Origin: an uncultured bacterium
Lineage (GTDB): Bacteria > Oederibacteriota > JAAXVQ01 > JAUVAV01
Reading direction: 5' to 3'
Assembly (NCBI GenBank): GCA_963710755.1
Contig: CAVQBK010000003.1
Span: 224,001 to 288,000, forward strand
DNA: 64,000 nucleotides
Shown here: positions 59,276 to 64,000 of the stretch, piece after piece
Layout: each line of letters starts with the position of its first letter
Position numbering within the stretch: the stretch's first letter is position 1
Program-made: the position numbers and the translations under genes
The notes under the pieces: generated by a model
What the model was told of the DNA's origin: nothing
The model's input: only the letters and a program-made list of their open reading frames with translations
Database searches by the model: none

Positions 59276-60514
59276 TTAAAATTCAAAAGCCACATCGCTC
59301 AGACGTTTTTGGATTTCCGCCATGATGCGCTTTTCATCCTCTTCAGTAGGCGCATCAAAGGTCGCAGAAAAACGCACATACGCGCCGGCATCATCCCAAG
59401 GCACGGTGGAGATTAATTTTTCTTTGATGAGGTATTGGGAGAACTCCTCGGCCGTGGCAAACCGGGGCCCGTTCTTGACCCCCTTGGGCGCGGGCAGGTA
59501 AAGATAAAAAGTTCCTTGCGGCTTGGCGGCTTGAAACCCTAGGGACTGCAATGTCTCGGCCAGCAGGGTCAGACGGCGTGAATATTTCTCCCGGGTCCGC
59601 TCCGTGATCTCAGGATGGTCGAGGCAGTAGATACCAGCCTGCTGAATGGCCAAAAATTGTCCGGAATCATTGTTATCCTTGACGGTGGCAAAGGCTTTGA
59701 CCACCTTTTCATTGCCTGTCACAAAGGCCAGACGCCAGCCGGTCATGTTGAAAGCTTTGGAAAGGGATTGAATGGCCACGCCCACCTCTTTGGCGCCGGG
59801 GACGCTGAGAAAGGACAACGGCTTCTGCTCGTCGTAGACCAGGGCTGCATAAGCTTCATCGGAGATGACCACCACCTGATTGGCCCTGGCAAACTGGATC
59901 ACCTCTTCGTAAAAAGCCCTGGTAGCTGCGGCCCCGGTGGGATTGTTGGGGTAATTGAGATAGAGCAGTTTGGCCCGCTGCTTTTGGTCGGAAGTGAGCG
60001 CTTTTAAATCAGGCAGAAAATGGTTTTCCCTGGTCAAAGGCAAGCGGACCACTTCTCCGCCCAGCCATTGACTCTGGGTACCCATTACCGGATAGCCGGG
60101 GGTGGTCATGAGGGTAATATCCCCGGGGTTGATAAAGGCATACGGCATGAGGGCCAAGGCGGGTTTGGAGCCAATGGCATGCACCACTTCACTCGCCGGG
60201 TCAAGGCCCTGCACGCCAAAAACTCTTTCCATATAACGTACGGCCGCGTCTTTAAAGGCCTGACAACCATTGTCTGCATAACCGCGGTTCTCCGGCTTGT
60301 GTGCTTCCTGGCAAAGTACGTCCACCACCTTGGCATCCGCCATCCAGTCCGGTTCGCCCACCCCCATGTCGATCAGAGGCCGGTCAGGATGGGCCTGCTG
60401 GGCTTCCCGTTTGGCCCTTTTGATTTTTTCAAACTTATATAATACGGTGGATTTTCCAAATTGATTGCCGCCCAGGCGCTGGGCGATTAATTGTTGAATA
60501 ATGGTCTCTTCCAT
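59276..60514 (-). CDS. dapL: LL-diaminopimelate aminotransferase
   Basis: YKFEKIKRAK, GSKPAL, NYPNNPTG, SLSKAFNMTGWR. Confidence 0.88.
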   Translation of the reverse strand: MEETIIQQLIAQRLGGNQFGKSTVLYKFEKIKRAKREAQQAHPDRPLIDMGVGEPDWMADAKVVDVLCQEAHKPENRGYADNGCQAFKDAAVRYMERVFGVQGLDPASEVVHAIGSKPALALMPYAFINPGDITLMTTPGYPVMGTQSQWLGGEVVRLPLTRENHFLPDLKALTSDQKQRAKLLYLNYPNNPTGAAATRAFYEEVIQFARANQVVVISDEAYAALVYDEQKPLSFLSVPGAKEVGVAIQSLSKAFNMTGWRLAFVTGNEKVVKAFATVKDNNDSGQFLAIQQAGIYCLDHPEITERTREKYSRRLTLLAETLQSLGFQAAKPQGTFYLYLPAPKGVKNGPRFATAEEFSQYLIKEKLISTVPWDDAGAYVRFSATFDAPTEEDEKRIMAEIQKRLSDVAFEF

Positions 60515-60667
60515 AATGTCACCTTCTTTAATTATTTTGGAGCAATAACCTACACTGTTGCTTTGGTTTTTTCAAGCAAAGAATCGCCGGCTGTTTTTTA
60601 CGCTTGTACATTGGTTCCGAATTTTGTATTACAATAAGCACTGACTTTGTGTAAAAGGACCTGGTGT

Positions 60668-61963
60668 ATGCCCCCTGCCTGGCGAAAATCCAAAGAAAGC
60701 CTGATCCGCCACATTGAAGGAGTGCGCAAAGAGCGGACCATTCTCTTTTCCGATATTGTGCATTCCACCAAACTCTGGGCCACCCAGGGTGATATTCAGG
60801 GCCGGCTTATGCTCGATCGTCACAACTGGCTGCTTTTTCCGGTGATTAAAAAATTCCGCGGCCGCATTATCAAGACCATCGGCGACGCCATTCTGGCGTC
60901 CTTTAAAAATCCTGATCTGGCTGTCATGGCCGCCATGGCCATGCAACAGAGGCTAGCCAAGGAGCGGGCTGATAATCGCGCTTTTACTTTAAAAATCAGG
61001 ATTGGTCTGCATACGGGTCCGACTATCGTGGAACAGCACGATGTCTTTGGAGACACCGTCAATATTGCCTCCCGCGTGGAAACTCAGGCCGACAGCTCGG
61101 AGATCCTGCTTTCCCAGCAAACGGTTCAAAACCTCAAGAAGATTACTGTCCCTATCACCCTCAAATCCGCTTTCAAACTCAAGGGCATCAAGGAGCCCAT
61201 GGATATTTATCGCTGTCAATGGATCGAAGCGCCCGATCTGGTGGGCCGGCTGCAACTGCCTGCCCGCCTGGGCTTGATACCCCGGCAACGCCTGGAGGTG
61301 CTGATTTATCTGGTGGGCAGCCTGGGTGCGCTGGTGCTGTTGTGGTGGTTTTATCTGCGTTACCTGTTGGGTGAGCAGGAAGACCTGGCTTTGATCATAA
61401 TGAATCCTGTGCTGCTGTTTACGGATTATCCATTGGGACTGGTGCTGGCCGTGATATTGGCTGGCGCGGGGATCGCGGCTTACCAGCACCTGCGCCCTTT
61501 TTTCCTAACCGTGCTGCATGTTATCAAAGGGGGCTTTGGATTTCTAGTGTTTTTCGGAATCGTCTACAGTGCCCTCACCTTTATACCTGCTGCGCAGGTG
61601 GACAGCCTGCACCGTCCTTGGCTCCATTCCCGGCATTTATTCGTCAGCCCGGCCATGCCTCAAACCCCGGTGTATGCGGCCCCTGACCTGACTGCGCCGC
61701 GGCTGCGCTTCGTTGGCTGGGGACAATTACTGCTGCTGGCCGATGTGCAGGACCATGATCAAATCACGTGGAACAAAGTCTTGATCCGCAAAGAACGTTA
61801 TGGCTGGATACCGCGGGTGCTGCCTCCGGCCATGGGCGTGGCTGCCAGGCGCCTGAGCTGGACCAAGGCTTTTTTGTTAAGACCTTTGGATCTGACCGCC
61901 CTGGCGGCCGGCCTGTTGGGTTTTCTCTGGGGGTTTCTGAGTTTCCGCTTGCGGCCTGCGTAA
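60668..61963 (+). CDS. Class III adenylate cyclase with TM helices and SH3-like C-terminus
   Basis: ILFSDIV, KTIGDA, RIGLHTG, DVFGDTVNIASRVE; start uncertain. Confidence 0.85.
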   Translation: MPPAWRKSKESLIRHIEGVRKERTILFSDIVHSTKLWATQGDIQGRLMLDRHNWLLFPVIKKFRGRIIKTIGDAILASFKNPDLAVMAAMAMQQRLAKERADNRAFTLKIRIGLHTGPTIVEQHDVFGDTVNIASRVETQADSSEILLSQQTVQNLKKITVPITLKSAFKLKGIKEPMDIYRCQWIEAPDLVGRLQLPARLGLIPRQRLEVLIYLVGSLGALVLLWWFYLRYLLGEQEDLALIIMNPVLLFTDYPLGLVLAVILAGAGIAAYQHLRPFFLTVLHVIKGGFGFLVFFGIVYSALTFIPAAQVDSLHRPWLHSRHLFVSPAMPQTPVYAAPDLTAPRLRFVGWGQLLLLADVQDHDQITWNKVLIRKERYGWIPRVLPPAMGVAARRLSWTKAFLLRPLDLTALAAGLLGFLWGFLSFRLRPA

Positions 61964-62123
61964 TCGTCGTGCCGGTTTTAATTCGCCGCAGCCATTCCCG
62001 GGAATGATGGACCACGAATTAGATACCGGCTTAGCAAAAAGGCGGTTTTTTTGCAGGCCGGTCAAAATTAGGCTATACTTAAGGTGTAGGCTTTTTTAAA
62101 ATTCCCTAGGGAGGAGAAGTGGC

Positions 62124-62948
62124 TTGCGTTTAACAAATCCTTCTTATAAGCCGTGGACCATGGCGTTTTTGGCCGGGTTGATGCTGCTTTCTTTCCCTGA
62201 TGCCTCCTGGTGCAAATCCAGGTCAAGCCTGTGGACTATTAATGACCGCACCCAGGCGCCGAATTTCAAACGGCGGGTCAGAAAATTTTTAAACAACCAA
62301 GTGGATATTAAAATATTTCAAGAAATGAACGCGCTTTTTGCTTCTATTGAATGTGAATTCCCCCTGGATCTGATCAAAGCCATTGCCTGGCAGGAGAGTC
62401 GCTGGCAGCAATTTAATCCCGACGGATCGGTGACCAAGGGCATCAATTACCGTCAGAACAAGCGCCGCCGGCTTTATGTGGATTCCGTGGATTATGGTAT
62501 TATGCAGGTTAATAACCGCCGCAGCTCCCTCGATCCGCTGCAATGGGATTTCGCCCGCCTCAAAACAGATCCTTATTACAATGTGCTGGCCGGCATTGAA
62601 GTGCTTCGTCATAAAGTAGCCTATGCCCGGACCCTGCAAAAGTCACCGGACTGGCCAAACATTGAAAAAGCCTACCATCTCGAAGGGTACACCACCCTCG
62701 ATATTGCCGTCAAAGCCTACAATGGCATGCGCTATTCCTCGGAATACGTGGATAACATTCATCACGCCCGCCTCATGCGGCCCTGGGAAAATGCCGGCAT
62801 CAAGACCGCCACGTCCCGATATAAACCGCGGTCGCCGCTCCCGGCGGCCCACCTGCGCCCGGACCGCCAATTTCAGCAGTTGCGCCAAAAAGCTTCCGAT
62901 CAAATCCTGTCCAGACCGGTGTTTCTCGGCAATCATGATTTAAAATAA
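62124..62948 (+). CDS. Lytic transglycosylase (SLT domain)
   Basis: AWQES, GIMQVN, AYNG. Confidence 0.85.
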   Translation: MRLTNPSYKPWTMAFLAGLMLLSFPDASWCKSRSSLWTINDRTQAPNFKRRVRKFLNNQVDIKIFQEMNALFASIECEFPLDLIKAIAWQESRWQQFNPDGSVTKGINYRQNKRRRLYVDSVDYGIMQVNNRRSSLDPLQWDFARLKTDPYYNVLAGIEVLRHKVAYARTLQKSPDWPNIEKAYHLEGYTTLDIAVKAYNGMRYSSEYVDNIHHARLMRPWENAGIKTATSRYKPRSPLPAAHLRPDRQFQQLRQKASDQILSRPVFLGNHDLK

Positions 62949-62967
62949 GTAGTCCACGTTGCTTGGC

Positions 62968-63225
62968 TTAGGGCCGGGTCTCTTCTTCCAAGGCGCTTAG
63001 CCGCGCCAAAGCTTCCTCGCGAGTTTGACCACAGTGTTCCCGCTGGGGCAGAAAGTTTCGGCATACCGCCGGATAGTCGGCCTGGCCCCACAGACAGCAG
63101 CGTCGGCTGTGAGGCTCCAGATGAAGGCAGACTTCTCCCGCGGGCTTGCCTTGAGGATGAAAGGGCAAGGGTGAAGAAATGGAAATGGCAATGCAACAAG
63201 CCGCACACCCGGGCCGGCACTGCAT
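62968..63225 (-). CDS. YkgJ-family Cys-cluster protein
   Basis: CRPGCAACCIAISISS, KPAGEVC, PAVC. Confidence 0.88.
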   Translation of the reverse strand: MQCRPGCAACCIAISISSPLPFHPQGKPAGEVCLHLEPHSRRCCLWGQADYPAVCRNFLPQREHCGQTREEALARLSALEEETRP

Positions 63226-63226
63226 C

Positions 63227-63970
63227 TTAAGCCTGCCCTAGCATAGCCAGGATTTGCTGGTGCGCGGCCAAGGCTAATTGGTGCTTGTTATGCTTGTCTT
63301 CCGGGGCAGGCCTAATCACGTCACCCACCCGGATGGTGACCCGGGCCGGCTTGGTCAGCAGGTTGTGTTTGGGCAACGCCTGGTAGGTGCCGTCAATCGC
63401 CACGGGCAGCACCGGCAGGCCGCTGGCCAGAGCCAGCGCAAAACTGCCTTGTTTGAATTCATGCACCCGCCCGTCTGCGGAGCGCGTGCCTTCCGGAAAA
63501 ATCACCAAGGAAACGTGCGGCCGGTTTTTGATAATCCGGCTGGCTGCGATGATACTGTGCCGGGCGGAACGGGCGCTGCGACGATTGATGGCAATATGGC
63601 CCAGGGCCTTGATGCCCCATCCGAAAAAGGGAATATTAAATAATTCTTTTTTGGCGATAAAGATCAGGCGCAACGGCAGGCTGGCCATAAGCGCACTGAT
63701 ATCCAGATGACTTTGATGATTACAAACCAGAATGTATTTTTGTTGGGGATTGATTTTCTCCCGGCCGATCACTGTGACGGCCACGCCGCCCAGCCCCAGC
63801 AAATGACGGCACCATAAGCGGCCAATGGCATAACCGGCAGCCGGTGAAATCAGCCCTCCGGCCAATATACACAGCAGGCTATAAACCGGCGTGAGCAGCC
63901 AGTTCCAACCCAGGGTCATCAATCCTCTTAGTGGGGTAAGTAAGGCTTTCATGGTCATCGTCCGAATCAA
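63227..63970 (-). CDS. plsC: 1-acyl-sn-glycerol-3-phosphate acyltransferase
   Basis: NHQSHLD, AKKEL, FPEGTRS. Confidence 0.9.
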   Translation of the reverse strand: MIRTMTMKALLTPLRGLMTLGWNWLLTPVYSLLCILAGGLISPAAGYAIGRLWCRHLLGLGGVAVTVIGREKINPQQKYILVCNHQSHLDISALMASLPLRLIFIAKKELFNIPFFGWGIKALGHIAINRRSARSARHSIIAASRIIKNRPHVSLVIFPEGTRSADGRVHEFKQGSFALALASGLPVLPVAIDGTYQALPKHNLLTKPARVTIRVGDVIRPAPEDKHNKHQLALAAHQQILAMLGQA

Positions 63971-64000
63971 GGTGTGCCAACAACAGGTCCACTAATAGCA

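Noticed and set aside
1-64000. tRNA/rRNA genes
   Set aside because: No cloverleaf with T-loop/CCA or rRNA-like conserved segments noticed.

Overview
Bacterial chromosomal window with three parts. (1) 1-10.4 kb: the 5' end of a contractile-tail sheath gene (missed by the ORF track, runs off the left edge), a divergent DUF4157 (eCIS-core) protein ending in a PD-(D/E)xK-like nuclease, a tautomerase, and a cyoABCD quinol oxidase operon followed by a degenerate ctaA-like gene and ctaB/cyoE. (2) About 10.5-33.2 kb: a mosaic accessory/defence island. It carries HicAB, a DUF3800-like gene preceded by a three-way-junction RNA, a 1778-aa nuclease-STAND ATPase, SdpRI, a YciI gene with an orphan attC-like site, a Panacea TA pair, three Fic genes and MntA-HepT. 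The cargo genes are separated by remnants and ends of REP-associated tyrosine (HUH) transposase (RAYT) genes: three copies of a 219-bp RAYT-derived miniature element, isolated GTCCC(C)-type ends, and a 13-bp GGTGGCTG(G/T)YRCC palindrome. Duplicated anchor modules (SpoVG-like/XRE twice, DUF6485-like twice) also separate them. No intact transposase or integrase is visible in the window. (3) 33.3-64 kb: housekeeping and secreted genes (beta-carbonic anhydrase, Bat fusions, three proteins with T9SS-like C-terminal domains including a gingipain whose propeptide is a separate gene, PlsC x2, PanE, PfkB, two SDRs, RND pump, histidine kinase, HDOD, DapL, class III cyclase, SLT, YkgJ). The best candidates for undescribed systems are the RAYT-end-delimited cassette array and the DUF3800 + structured RNA module. 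All family calls come from motif recognition by eye; no database search was run.
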